64,000 nt of DNA from an uncultured Clostridia bacterium (GTDB lineage: Bacteria; Bacillota; Clostridia; Christensenellales; UBA1242), in NCBI GenBank assembly GCA_947053595.1, contig CAMRSX010000005.1, positions 5,212-69,211 on the forward strand. The letters run 5' to 3'. A program made the position numbers and the translations under genes. Shown piece after piece: positions 11,074 to 19,706 of the stretch. The stretch's first letter is position 1, and every line of letters begins with the position of its first letter. Under the pieces are notes generated by a model that was not told the origin of the DNA, did not search any database, and saw only the letters and a list, made by a program, of their open reading frames with translations.

Positions 11074-11840
11074 TTCAAAAAACTCCCGCTGAAATTGTCT
11101 TGATTAAAAAGGCCTGCGAAATCACCCGTGATGCGCTTGTATTTGCAAAAACGCTGATTAAACCGGGAATTTCCACCTTAACCCTTGACAATGCGCTTGA
11201 AAAGTTTATAATAGATTGTGGTGGGTCACCTGCGTGCAAGGGCTATGAGGGTTTTCCGGGGGCAACCTGCATTTCTGTGAATGAAATGGTGGTGCACGGC
11301 ATTCCATCAGAGGACATTGTGCTTGAGGAAGGTGACATTGTCAGCGTTGACATTGTTGTGGCATATAAGGGATATCACGGCGACGCTGCAAGAACCTATG
11401 CTGTGGGAAGTGTGTCAGAAGAAAAACAAAAACTTATGAAAGTGACAAAAGAATGTTTCTTCAAAGGCATTGAAAACATACGCATTGGAGATAGGCTTGG
11501 AAAACTTTCAAACGCCATCCAGACACACGCAGAACAAAACGGATTTTCGGTTGTCCGAGAGTTGTGCGGCCACGGAATAGGAAAGCGAATGCACGAAGCT
11601 CCATCGGTTTTAAACTATGGCAAGCCAACCGATGGGCCAATCATCACTGAAAATGCGGTTTTGGCAATTGAGCCAATGATTAACGCAGGGAAGAAAGAGA
11701 TTGGAATGCTTTCAGACGGCTGGGGAATTGTGACGCGGGATGGAAAACCATCTGCACACTATGAAAACACCGTGCTGTTCACTCGCGAAGGCTTGCAAAT
11801 TCTCACCTTGGAGGAAACAGATGAATATCACAAGTGGTGA
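11070..11840 (+). CDS. map: type I methionine aminopeptidase
   Basis: VVHGIPS...DIVVAYKGYHGD...GHGIG...EPM motifs. Confidence 0.96.
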   Translation: MIQKTPAEIVLIKKACEITRDALVFAKTLIKPGISTLTLDNALEKFIIDCGGSPACKGYEGFPGATCISVNEMVVHGIPSEDIVLEEGDIVSVDIVVAYKGYHGDAARTYAVGSVSEEKQKLMKVTKECFFKGIENIRIGDRLGKLSNAIQTHAEQNGFSVVRELCGHGIGKRMHEAPSVLNYGKPTDGPIITENAVLAIEPMINAGKKEIGMLSDGWGIVTRDGKPSAHYENTVLFTREGLQILTLEETDEYHKW

Positions 11841-12096
11841 TGTTGTTGTTGCTCTTGCAGGAAAAGAAAAAAATCAAATTTTTGTTGTGTTGTCAGCCGA
11901 CGAAAAGTTTTGCTTTTTGGCAGACGGCGACAGATTGAAAATTTCCAAACCGAAAAAGAAAAGCCTAAAACATGTCCAGAAGGCTTCAAAAACTGGGTTT
12001 GATGCAAATCTGCTTGGAACTGGACAAGAAAATGTTAATGCGGCCATCAGAAAATTTTTGAAAGAAAGGAGCCTTGTATGTCAAAGGAAGATGTAA
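11821..12096 (+). CDS. small KOW-like protein between map and infA (putative RNA-binding)
   Basis: 91 aa, [23 protein letters not shown] (KOW-like G-K pattern). From memory only, B. subtilis ybzG occupies the same slot. Overlaps the map end and the infA start. Confidence 0.55.
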   Translation: MNITSGDVVVALAGKEKNQIFVVLSADEKFCFLADGDRLKISKPKKKSLKHVQKASKTGFDANLLGTGQENVNAAIRKFLKERSLVCQRKM

Positions 12097-12302
12097 TTGA
12101 ATTTGAAGGAGTTGTCACTGAGGTTTTGCCCAGTATGACTTTCAAAGTCACACTCACAAATGGGCATGTCATCACTGCATACATCTCTGGAAAACTCAGA
12201 CAAAACTTCATCAGAATTATTGAAGGCGACAAAGTTAAAATTGAAATGAGCCCTTATGACCTCTCAAAGGGAAGAATCACTTGGAGAGAAAAGGGCAATT
12301 AA
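12078..12302 (+). CDS. infA: translation initiation factor IF-1
   Basis: [40 protein letters not shown]. Confidence 0.97.
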   Translation: MSKEDVIEFEGVVTEVLPSMTFKVTLTNGHVITAYISGKLRQNFIRIIEGDKVKIEMSPYDLSKGRITWREKGN

Positions 12303-12314
12303 AGGAGCAAAGAA

Positions 12315-12431
12315 ATGAAAGTCAGAGCATCGGTTAAACCAATGTGTGATAAGTGCAAAGTCATCAAAAGAGATGGCAAAGTTATGGTGATTTGTTCTAA
12401 GAGCAAGAAGCACAAACAAACACAAGGCTGA
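12315..12431 (+). CDS. rpmJ: 50S ribosomal protein L36
   Basis: Not in the ORF track because it is under 60 aa. [38 protein letters not shown], with an AAAGGAG SD 7 nt upstream. Confidence 0.93.
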   Translation: MKVRASVKPMCDKCKVIKRDGKVMVICSKSKKHKQTQG

Positions 12432-12609
12432 AAAATTGAATATAGTTCTTCGTTTTGCTGCGTTTGCTGTCACATTTTATAAGCAAGTCATGTGCAAGAA
12501 AGCACACTTCTTGTTATAAAATGTGCCGAGCCTTGCAAAACTTGACTCTCTTCAAAAAAAACAAAAACAAAAAAAGTGGCAGTGCCACTGCATAAGGAGA
12601 TTAAAGATT

Positions 12610-12987
12610 ATGGCAAGAATTGCTGGTGTTGACCTTCCAAGAGATAAACGTTTGGAGTATGGTTTGACTTATATCTATGGAATTGGCGTTGAAACTTCTC
12701 GCAACATCTGTAAAGAAACAGGAATTTCTATGGATGTTCGTGTTAAAGACCTTACAGAAGACCAAGTTGCCAAACTTAGAAACTACATCGAACATAACCT
12801 CATCGTGGAAGGTGAACTTAAATCAAAAGTAAGCATGAATATCAAAAAGCTGAACGAAATTGGATGCTATCGTGGTATTCGTCACAGAAAAGGACTTCCT
12901 GTTCGTGGTCAAAGCACCAAAAACAACGCAAGAACAAGAAAAGGTCCTAAGAAAATCGTGAGCGGAAGCTCTAAGAAAGGTAAGTAA
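12610..12987 (+). CDS. rpsM: 30S ribosomal protein S13
   Basis: [26 protein letters not shown]; AAGGAG SD. The longer listed ORF (12523) reads through the spacer. Confidence 0.96.
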   Translation: MARIAGVDLPRDKRLEYGLTYIYGIGVETSRNICKETGISMDVRVKDLTEDQVAKLRNYIEHNLIVEGELKSKVSMNIKKLNEIGCYRGIRHRKGLPVRGQSTKNNARTRKGPKKIVSGSSKKGK

Positions 12988-13000
12988 GAGGTAAAGTGAT

Positions 13001-13411
13001 ATGGCAAATGTAAAATCAGCAGGAAAAAAGAAAACTGTTAAAACCAGAAAAAGAGTTTCAAGAAACATTGAAAAAGGTCAAGTGCACATCACAACCTCTT
13101 TCAACAACAATCTCATTGCTTTCACAGACATGCAAGGCAATGTGATTTCTTCGTGCTCGTCTGGAAGACTGGGGCTGAAAGGCTCTAAGAAAAGCACACC
13201 TTTTGCTGCTCAAACTTGCGTTGAACAGGCAGGAAAAGTTGCGCTTGACAACGGAATGAAATTCGTTGAAGTGTATGTGAAAGGCCCAGGCAATGGAAGA
13301 GAAAGTGCCATCCGTGTGCTTTCCACCCTTGGCTTCACTGTTACACTTATTAAGGATGTTTCTCCAATCGCACACAACGGTTGCAGACCTCCAAAAAGAA
13401 GAAGAGTTTAA
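13001..13411 (+). CDS. rpsK: 30S ribosomal protein S11
   Basis: [22 protein letters not shown]...[11 protein letters not shown]. Confidence 0.97.
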   Translation: MANVKSAGKKKTVKTRKRVSRNIEKGQVHITTSFNNNLIAFTDMQGNVISSCSSGRLGLKGSKKSTPFAAQTCVEQAGKVALDNGMKFVEVYVKGPGNGRESAIRVLSTLGFTVTLIKDVSPIAHNGCRPPKRRRV

Positions 13412-13425
13412 AAGGAGATAAAGTT

Positions 13426-14046
13426 ATGGCAAGAACAATCGAACCAGATTGCCGTCAATGCCGAAGAGAAGGGCGTAAACTCTTTCTTAAAGGCGAAAGA
13501 TGTACATCCAAAAAATGTGCAATGGAAAGAAGACCTGTCATTCCTGGTCAACATGGAGCTTCCAGAAAGAGAGTTACCGAATATGGACTTCAGCTTCGTG
13601 AAAAGCAAAAAGTTAAGAGAATGTATGGCATCTTAGAAAAACAATTCAGAAAATATTATGAGGACGCTGTTCGCGCTAAGGGCGCAACAGGTGCAAATAT
13701 GTTGTCCCTCATCGAAAGAAGACTTGACAACGTGATTTACAGAATGGGCATTGGTGCTTCCAGAGCAGAGTGCCGTCAAATTGTAAATCACGGACACATT
13801 TGTGTGAACGGAAAGCGCGTTTCAATCGCTTCCTACAGAGTTAAGGTTGGAGATGTTGTGACTGTTAAAGAAAACAAACAAGAAAAAGAAATGTTTAAGC
13901 AACTTAAGGGCATGAAAATTGTTATGCCAAAGTGGTTGGAATTTAACAGTGAAACACTGACTGGAAAGATTCTTGCTCTTCCTGAAAGAGAAGATGTTGA
14001 CAGTGACATCAAAGAACAACTGATTGTCGAGTTGTATTCAAGATAA
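13426..14046 (+). CDS. rpsD: 30S ribosomal protein S4 (Cys4 form)
   Basis: MARTIEPDCRQCRREGRKLFLKGERCTSKKC...; S4 domain RLDNVIYRMG. AAGGAG SD. Confidence 0.96.
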   Translation: MARTIEPDCRQCRREGRKLFLKGERCTSKKCAMERRPVIPGQHGASRKRVTEYGLQLREKQKVKRMYGILEKQFRKYYEDAVRAKGATGANMLSLIERRLDNVIYRMGIGASRAECRQIVNHGHICVNGKRVSIASYRVKVGDVVTVKENKQEKEMFKQLKGMKIVMPKWLEFNSETLTGKILALPEREDVDSDIKEQLIVELYSR

Positions 14047-14067
14047 TAAGAGGGGGATATTAATATT

Positions 14068-15021
14068 ATGATGGAAATGGAAAAACCAAGAATCACTTGC
14101 GAAGAAACAAATGGTGGAAACTTTGCAAGATTTGTGGTTGAGCCTCTTGAAAAAGGTTATGGTGTAACCCTTGGAAACTGCATGAGAAGAACACTTCTTT
14201 CATCTCTTCCGGGCTCGGCAGTCATTGCTTTTAGAATTGCAGGCGTTGCACACGAGTTTTCAACAATTCGCGGAGTTACAGAGGATGTTGTGGACATTGT
14301 TTTGAATTTGAAGTGCCTTGCTGTTAAGTGCACAAATTCTGACAGAAACTTCATCACATATCTGAAGCTTAGAAAGAAAACTGCGGGCGAGGTTACTGCA
14401 AAAGATTTTGAAACAAATGACCAAGTTGAAATTTTAAATCCAGACCTTCACATCTGCACCATGGACGAAGGCGCTGTGCTGGATATGGATGTCATGATTG
14501 GAAATGGTCGTGGCTATGTTTCAAGTGATGACAACAAAGCAAAATATGACGACATTGATTTTATTGCAGTTGACAGCATTTTTTCACCTGTCAAGAAAGT
14601 GAACTTTGAAGTTGGTGCCACCCGTGTTGGGCAAAGCATTGATTTTGACAAGCTTACACTGGAAGTGACAACCAATGGAACAACCTCTGCAAGAGAAATT
14701 GTTTCTTTGGCTGGAAAAATCATCAACGAGCATGTGAATGTGTTTATTGAACTTTGCAGTGAAATGAGTGATATGTCCATTCTTGTTTCAAAAGAAGAAG
14801 ACAAACAAGTGAAACTTATGGAACTTCCAATTGAAGAGATGGACCTTTCGGTTCGTTCTTACAACTGCTTGAAGAGAGCAGGCATCAACACCATTCAAGA
14901 CCTTCTTAAAAAATCCAAGAGCGACATGTTTAAGGTGCGCAATCTTGGTGCTAAGAGTGTTGAAGAAGTTATTCAGAAACTGGAAAGTTATGGGTTTACT
15001 CTCCGCAAGGACGAAGAGTAG
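14068..15021 (+). CDS. rpoA: DNA-directed RNA polymerase subunit alpha
   Basis: FVVEPLEKGYGVTLGNCMRRTLLSSLPG...; C-terminal domain LSVRSYNCLKRAGINTIQDL. Confidence 0.96.
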   Translation: MMEMEKPRITCEETNGGNFARFVVEPLEKGYGVTLGNCMRRTLLSSLPGSAVIAFRIAGVAHEFSTIRGVTEDVVDIVLNLKCLAVKCTNSDRNFITYLKLRKKTAGEVTAKDFETNDQVEILNPDLHICTMDEGAVLDMDVMIGNGRGYVSSDDNKAKYDDIDFIAVDSIFSPVKKVNFEVGATRVGQSIDFDKLTLEVTTNGTTSAREIVSLAGKIINEHVNVFIELCSEMSDMSILVSKEEDKQVKLMELPIEEMDLSVRSYNCLKRAGINTIQDLLKKSKSDMFKVRNLGAKSVEEVIQKLESYGFTLRKDEE

Positions 15022-15022
15022 G

Positions 15023-15145
15023 CAGAACGCATAAAATGGCGAAATGCGGTGTTTCTGCGGTATGTCATGGGCGGTCATTTAGGGAACTAAACTCCCTTCC
15101 ATTCCACACCGCGAGCCTTGCCTTTCATCCATTTTCTGTGTTCTG
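15023..15145. repeat. about 120-nt imperfect long hairpin (MITE-like) right after the rpoA stop
   Basis: 5' arm CAGAACGCATAAAATGG (15023-15039) pairs with 3' arm CCATTTTCTGTGTTCTG (15129-15145). Inner arms AATGCGGTGT / ACACCGCGAG. Apical GGGA-N7-TCCC. Confidence 0.6.
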
Positions 15146-15155
15146 AAGGCTCAAT

Positions 15156-15285
15156 CTGCGCTTTGGCTTATTTTTGCCTTAAAAGGCAAAAAGTTTCGCG
15201 GTGACGCTTGATTTCGCCTGCTCGCGACCAAACGCAATTCGCAACAAAGTGCGAATTGGTCGCGTCTCTCTTGCGAAGTTGGGCG
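15156..15285. repeat. family-2 dispersed repeat copy (CTGCGCTTTGG...GACGCTTG...CTCTCTTGCGAAGTTGGG)
   Basis: Shares ordered blocks with 48316-48440, 53187-53272 and the 265-bp tandem unit at 58714-59280. Confidence 0.7.
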
Positions 15286-15365
15286 CTGAGAGAAAAATAA
15301 GAATTTATAATTTTCAAAAGTTTAAATAAAAAATCAGGGGACGACCCCAAAAAAGGAGAAAAGTT

Positions 15366-15899
15366 ATGGCTATAGCAAAATTAGGCAGACCTTCAAAGGA
15401 AAGAAATGCAATGCTTCGTGGGCAAGTGTCCTCTCTTCTTTGGAATGGCAAGTTGGAAACAACTGTTGCCAAGGCAAAAGCCACTGCAAGAATGGCAGAA
15501 AAAATCATCACTCTTGCCATCAGAACACATCTTGACACTGTTAAAGTTGAAAAAGAAATTAAGGTTAAGACAAAAGACAGCAAAGGTGTTGTGACGGAAA
15601 GCAAAGTGAAGAAGCAGGTGCTTAATGATGGACCAAAGAAACTTGCTGCAAGAAAGAAAATCATGAGCTATGTTTATGATTTGCAAGAACAGAGAAAGCC
15701 AAAAGAATCTGTTGAAGCTTTTAAGGCAAGAGTTGAAGGAATCAATCATCCACTTCTTGAAAAGATTTTCAATGTTTACGCTCCAAAATATGCAGAGCGC
15801 GCAAAGACATCTGGACAGGGCGGTGGCTACACACGCGTCACCAAGCTTGGAATGCGTCGTGGCGATGCAGCTGAAATGGCAATTGTTGAATTGGTTTAA
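15366..15899 (+). CDS. rplQ: 50S ribosomal protein L17 (with internal insertion)
   Basis: N-terminus LGRPSKERNAMLRGQVSSLL and C-terminus GGGYTRVTKLGMRRGDAAEMAIVELV are bL17. 177 aa against the usual 115-130. Confidence 0.92.
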   Translation: MAIAKLGRPSKERNAMLRGQVSSLLWNGKLETTVAKAKATARMAEKIITLAIRTHLDTVKVEKEIKVKTKDSKGVVTESKVKKQVLNDGPKKLAARKKIMSYVYDLQEQRKPKESVEAFKARVEGINHPLLEKIFNVYAPKYAERAKTSGQGGGYTRVTKLGMRRGDAAEMAIVELV

Positions 15900-15913
15900 G
15901 GCAGTATTGTGTC

Positions 15914-15964
15914 ATGCGTTCCGCTGTCATCCTGAGCATAGCCGAAGGGTCTGGGGGAACGCAT
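15914..15964. repeat. family-1 repeat copy (GTCATCCTGAGC box) enclosed by a 9-bp stem
   Basis: ATGCGTTCC (15914-22) / GGAACGCAT (15956-64) flank GTCATCCTGAGCATAGCCGAAGGGTCTG. Confidence 0.7.
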
Positions 15965-15986
15965 CGTTGCAACTGTTTATTAAAAA

Positions 15987-16014
15987 ATATCGATTTCAAT
16001 GTCGGTATTTTTTT
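15987..16014 (+). terminator. rho-independent terminator after rplQ
   Basis: ATATCGA-N8-TCGGTAT followed by a T7 run. Confidence 0.6.
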
Positions 16015-16051
16015 ATTTTGTTTGGAGGATGGTGGGGAAATGCGCTAAAAT

Positions 16052-16858
16052 ATGCTCATGCAAAAGATAAAAAGATTTTTTGGGTTTTTCACAATCTATG
16101 AATATTGCTGGTTTATAACAATCACCGTGCTGGCTTTTGTGTTTGCCTTTTTGTTTCCTGAGGAGGACATTGGCGGAGTGAATGGCAAGGTGATTTTGGC
16201 GCTGTATCTTGTGGACATCTTCAGCAACATTCTTTGTGAGCTGCTTATTTCCAAGCAAAGCAAGTGGAACTTTGTTGTGTCACTTGTGGTGGAAGCCACA
16301 GAAATTGCAATTTGTGTGGTGTGTGCATATCGTTTTGCCACAATGGCAACCACAATTTTCTTTTGGATTCCTGTGGACATTGTCAGCTTTTTTATGTGGA
16401 ACAGGCATAAGCAAAAGGACGACGAAAGGCTGACAGAGGTGAGACGTCTCAAGGGCTGGCAAGAGGTTGCTGTCATTTCTGCCATTGTGATTTGGACAGT
16501 GGTGGTGGGCTCAGCTTTGTCTTTGATTGATGTGGAAGAGGGCATATTGTCTGGGCAACCGGTTTTGCAGAAGGTGGTGTGCTATCTGGATGCTTGCTGC
16601 AGCGCGGTGGGCGTGGCAAACGGGCTTTTCATTCTCTTTCGGCTGCGAGAGCAGTGGATTGCATGGTATATAAGCACCTTTTTGGAGGTTGCCATCAACA
16701 TCATTTCGGGGCAGTGGATTTTGCTGGTGCTGAAGTTTGGATATCTCACCAACACCACCTATGGTTATATTATGTGGACAAAAAGCATACATAAGGCGGA
16801 AAGAGAACAGGCTGCTGTTGACAGAAAGATTTTGAAGATTTTGAAAAGCAATTTGTAA
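16052..16858 (+). CDS. PnuC-like nicotinamide riboside transporter (putative)
   Basis: 7-8 TM protein with two PnuC-like half repeats (QSKWNF...FFWIPVDIVSFFMW and REQWIAWYI...GYIMW). Start is uncertain (16052 or 16058). Confidence 0.5.
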   Translation: MLMQKIKRFFGFFTIYEYCWFITITVLAFVFAFLFPEEDIGGVNGKVILALYLVDIFSNILCELLISKQSKWNFVVSLVVEATEIAICVVCAYRFATMATTIFFWIPVDIVSFFMWNRHKQKDDERLTEVRRLKGWQEVAVISAIVIWTVVVGSALSLIDVEEGILSGQPVLQKVVCYLDACCSAVGVANGLFILFRLREQWIAWYISTFLEVAINIISGQWILLVLKFGYLTNTTYGYIMWTKSIHKAEREQAAVDRKILKILKSNL

Positions 16859-16881
16859 AGGGACGAGAATGTCCCTTTTTT
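16858..16881 (+). terminator. rho-independent terminator
   Basis: AAGGGAC-GAGAAT-GTCCCTT plus a T-run, overlapping the stop codon. Confidence 0.75.
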
Positions 16882-16894
16882 CATATATAACCTT

Positions 16895-17836
16895 ATGTTT
16901 GAAAACTTTGAGAAACTTGAAAATGTGGAGCTTAAAAATTTTTCCACTATGAAAACCGGTGGCAGGGCGCGGGTGATTTTGTTTCCAAAAACTCATCTGG
17001 AGTTGATTAAAATTTGGGAAATTTGCAGTCAAAACAACTTGCCGCTTTTTGTGCTTGGCAATGGCAGCAATGTGCTGTTTGATGACAATGGGTTTGACGG
17101 AGTGATTGTTTCGCTTAAACATTTTGACAAAATTTCAGTTTGTGACCTCTGTCATTCGGCCAACCATTGTTGTCATTTTGAGCGAAGTCAGAAAATCTCA
17201 AGGGTTGGTGACGAAGGTGTGTTTGTGCGCGTTGGCGCGGGCATCAACCTTTTTGCACTTAACTTGAAGTTGAAAGAACTGGGTTTGTCTGGGCTGGAAT
17301 GGAGTTATGGAATTCCTGCCACTTTGGGTGGCATGGTGGTGAGCAATGGAGGCTGCTTTGGGCATGAAATTGGCGAGTTTGTGGAAGAGGCAACTGTGCT
17401 GTGCAATGGGCGAATTAAAAGGCTGAAAAAAGCGCAGTTGAAATTTGCTTACCGCGTTTCAAACCTAAGAAGTTGCATTGTTTTGAATGTAAAACTGCGT
17501 CTAACGCGTGAAAAACCCCAAAAAATTGCGGGAGATATGGCATTTTTCTTGAAAAAGAAGAGAGAGACTCAGCCGTGTGATTTGCCGTCGCTGGGCAGCA
17601 TTTTTAAGCGTATTGCGGGAGAAGAAACAATTTTTCCTGCAAAGATTTTTGACCAGTTGGGGCTGAAAGGCACAAACATCAACGGGGCAGAGCTTTCAAC
17701 AAAGCACGCTGGCTTTGTTGTCAACAAGGGCGGTGCAACAAGCGCTGATGTTTTGCAGCTGATTCGGCTTTTGGAAGACAAACTGAAAGAACTTGGGTTG
17801 CCTGCAGAGAAGGAAATCATCATCTTGAAAAAATGA
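16895..17836 (+). CDS. murB: UDP-N-acetylenolpyruvoylglucosamine reductase, carrying a ~26-aa in-frame insertion
   Basis: NFSTMKTGGRA...LGNGSNVLF...GLSGLEWSYGIPATLGG...SLGSIFKR...HAGFVVNKGGAT. Confidence 0.9.
   Translation: MFENFEKLENVELKNFSTMKTGGRARVILFPKTHLELIKIWEICSQNNLPLFVLGNGSNVLFDDNGFDGVIVSLKHFDKISVCDLCHSANHCCHFERSQKISRVGDEGVFVRVGAGINLFALNLKLKELGLSGLEWSYGIPATLGGMVVSNGGCFGHEIGEFVEEATVLCNGRIKRLKKAQLKFAYRVSNLRSCIVLNVKLRLTREKPQKIAGDMAFFLKKKRETQPCDLPSLGSIFKRIAGEETIFPAKIFDQLGLKGTNINGAELSTKHAGFVVNKGGATSADVLQLIRLLEDKLKELGLPAEKEIIILKK
17141..17218. repeat. family-1 repeat-like segment embedded in frame in murB
   Basis: GTCATTCGGCCAACC...GTCATTTTGAGCGAAGTCAGAAAATCTC...GGTTGG. CCAACC/GGTTGG stem as in the intergenic copies. 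Confidence 0.6.
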
Positions 17837-17955
17837 AAACCCCTCAAAGCCTTTAAAAAATCTTCAACAAAACTTTAACAAAAATCAAAAAACGGATTTA
17901 AGACTTTTACGAAATTGCTTCAAGCGGCTTTTGTCACTTAATGAAGCATTAAAAT

Positions 17956-17981
17956 AAAAAACTCACAGCTGTGAGTTTTTT
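17956..17981. terminator. bidirectional terminator (murB / convergent gene)
   Basis: Perfect palindrome AAAAAACTCACAGCTGTGAGTTTTTT. Confidence 0.85.
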
Positions 17982-17982
17982 A

Positions 17983-18555
17983 TTATTGTTTGTCTTTTTC
18001 GCTTTCTCTTTCAAGACAAGTGTCAATTTCTGGCTTCATGTCTGGTGTGTATAAGCTTTTCATTTCTTTTTCTTCGCCTAGCACATAAAATAATCCGTTT
18101 TTTGTGGCAAGCAGGCGGGTGTAGCTTTCTGATGTGAGATATTTATAACTTTCCATAACAACGCCGTTTTTGGCTATGGTGTCAAGGTGGTTGCTCATCC
18201 TTAGCAGCTTTTCATGAACTGCATGGTGCAAATTTTCATACAGTTTCATCTTCTCCAGTTGTTGCAGTTTGATGCTCTCAAGTTTTAAAAAGCTGTCGTT
18301 TAAGCCGTTATGCTTTGAAAGTTTTGTCACTTCGGCTTTGAAAGTTTCTTCCAGATGTTGTTTGTGCATTTCAATGTTTTTTTCAAATTGTGGGTTGGCA
18401 ACCACTTTAAAGGCATATAAAAGATTGTCCTTTCCATCCATGGCTTTCACCAGTGAAATGTATTTGGCCTCTGCGCTGAATCTGGCAACACTGTAAAAAG
18501 CAAACATCACAAGGCTGTTTGGCATTTCTTTGATAAGTTGATTGAAACTTTTCAT
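17983..18555 (-). CDS. hypothetical protein (190 aa, helical, no family recognised)
   Basis: MKSFNQLIKEMPNS... with AAAGGAGAAAAA SD. The longer listed ORF lacks an SD. Confidence 0.6.
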   Translation of the reverse strand: MKSFNQLIKEMPNSLVMFAFYSVARFSAEAKYISLVKAMDGKDNLLYAFKVVANPQFEKNIEMHKQHLEETFKAEVTKLSKHNGLNDSFLKLESIKLQQLEKMKLYENLHHAVHEKLLRMSNHLDTIAKNGVVMESYKYLTSESYTRLLATKNGLFYVLGEEKEMKSLYTPDMKPEIDTCLERESEKDKQ

Positions 18556-18759
18556 TTTTTCTCCTTTTTTATGCTTATAATATAACTTAAAACAGCCAAA
18601 TATGTCAATATCTTTTTTGTTGCGTGCAAATGTCAGCAACTTGTTTGGAAAAAACCAAATTTGTTGATATAATATAATTGAATTTTGTTGCAAAAAATTT
18701 TCTTAAAAAGAGTTTGAGAAAACGCTTGAAAGTTGATAAAATATATTGAAGGAGTTTTT

Positions 18760-19515
18760 ATGCTTTTGTTTGGAGATTATCACACCCACACCACTTATTC
18801 TCGCCACAACCATGGCAAGGGAACGGTGTTTGAAAACGCGTCGGTGGCTGCCGACAAAGGGTTGAAGCAAATTGCCATCACTGACCATGGCTTCAACCAC
18901 GAGTTTTTTGGCATTAAGCGAAAAAACATTCCTCAGCTTCAAGAAGACATTCTCAACGCCAAAGAAATCACAGGCGTGGACATCTTGCTGGGGGTGGAGG
19001 CAAATTTGATTTCGCTGAATGGAGAAATTGATGTGCATGAAGAGGATTATGATTTTTTGGACATCTTGCTGATGGGATATCACAAGTGCGTGCACACGCC
19101 AACCATGAAGGACAAGGCAATGCTGTGCTGGGCAAACAACTTGGCAATGCGTCCTTCAAAAGAGCGCACCAGCAGAAACACCACTGCGCTTTTGAAGGCA
19201 CTGGACAAATATCCAATTGATGTCATCACGCACCTCAACTATGGCTTTTTGACAGACACCATGGCAATTGCCAAAATGGCAAAGCAGAAAGGGGTGTATG
19301 TGGAGCTTAATGGCAAGCGCATCAACTTCACCGATGAAGAAATTGACATCATGACCGCAGAAGGAGTGAAATTTATTGTCAATTCGGATGCTCACACCCC
19401 AGAACGAGTTGGCGAAGTGAACAATGGCATGAATTTGATTTATAGACACAATATTCCACTTTCTCAGGTTGCAAACATTGACAAGTTGCCAAAGTTTCAT
19501 AAAAACAGAAAGTGA
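18760..19515 (+). CDS. PHP-domain phosphoesterase (histidinol-phosphatase family)
   Basis: FGDYHTHTTYS...AITDHG...VITHLNY...NSDAHTPERVG. AAGGAG SD before 18760. Confidence 0.8.
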   Translation: MLLFGDYHTHTTYSRHNHGKGTVFENASVAADKGLKQIAITDHGFNHEFFGIKRKNIPQLQEDILNAKEITGVDILLGVEANLISLNGEIDVHEEDYDFLDILLMGYHKCVHTPTMKDKAMLCWANNLAMRPSKERTSRNTTALLKALDKYPIDVITHLNYGFLTDTMAIAKMAKQKGVYVELNGKRINFTDEEIDIMTAEGVKFIVNSDAHTPERVGEVNNGMNLIYRHNIPLSQVANIDKLPKFHKNRK

Positions 19516-19545
19516 TATGAGGAGAAAAGGAAATGGAAGAGATGT

Positions 19546-19689
19546 ATGACCCTTCAAGAGGAAGAGGTGGCAGAGGTTAAGTGGCTGTCTTATGAGGATT
19601 TTCTTAAACTTTTATATTCCAAAGATTTTGTTGGCTCAGACAAAAAATACAAAGACTGGGTGGCAGAGATGTTGAAAAAATTTATATAA
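19546..19689 (+). pseudogene. 47-codon ORF resembling the C-terminal tail of a Nudix-type hydrolase (possible gene remnant)
   Basis: MTLQEEEVAEVKWLSYEDFLKLLYSKDFVGSDKKYKDWVAEMLKKFI*. No Nudix box is left upstream. Confidence 0.3.
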
Positions 19690-19706
19690 TTTCAAAAAGG
19701 GGAAAA

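Noticed and set aside
12523-12609. N-terminally extended ORF starts from the ORF track: rpsM 12523, rpsD 13381, rpsQ 4424, rpmD 8359, rplF 6898, yigZ-like 46568, rlmN 55064, rpe 57006, priA 50893, hydrolase 30760, tyrS 45275 and others
   Set aside because: The extensions read through upstream genes, spacers or repeat elements and lack SDs. Internal ATGs with good SDs reproduce the canonical N-termini.
15670-16101. 143-aa plus-strand ORF spanning the rplQ 3' end and the downstream spacer
   Set aside because: It is in an alternate frame of rplQ, continues through the family-1 repeat and the terminator, and has no SD.
16884-16897. Possible leaderless murB mRNA (TATATA 6-11 nt upstream of the ATG, no SD)
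   Set aside because: This rests on a single AT-rich hexamer inside a terminator tail. No -35 element is visible. It is too weak to claim without transcript mapping.
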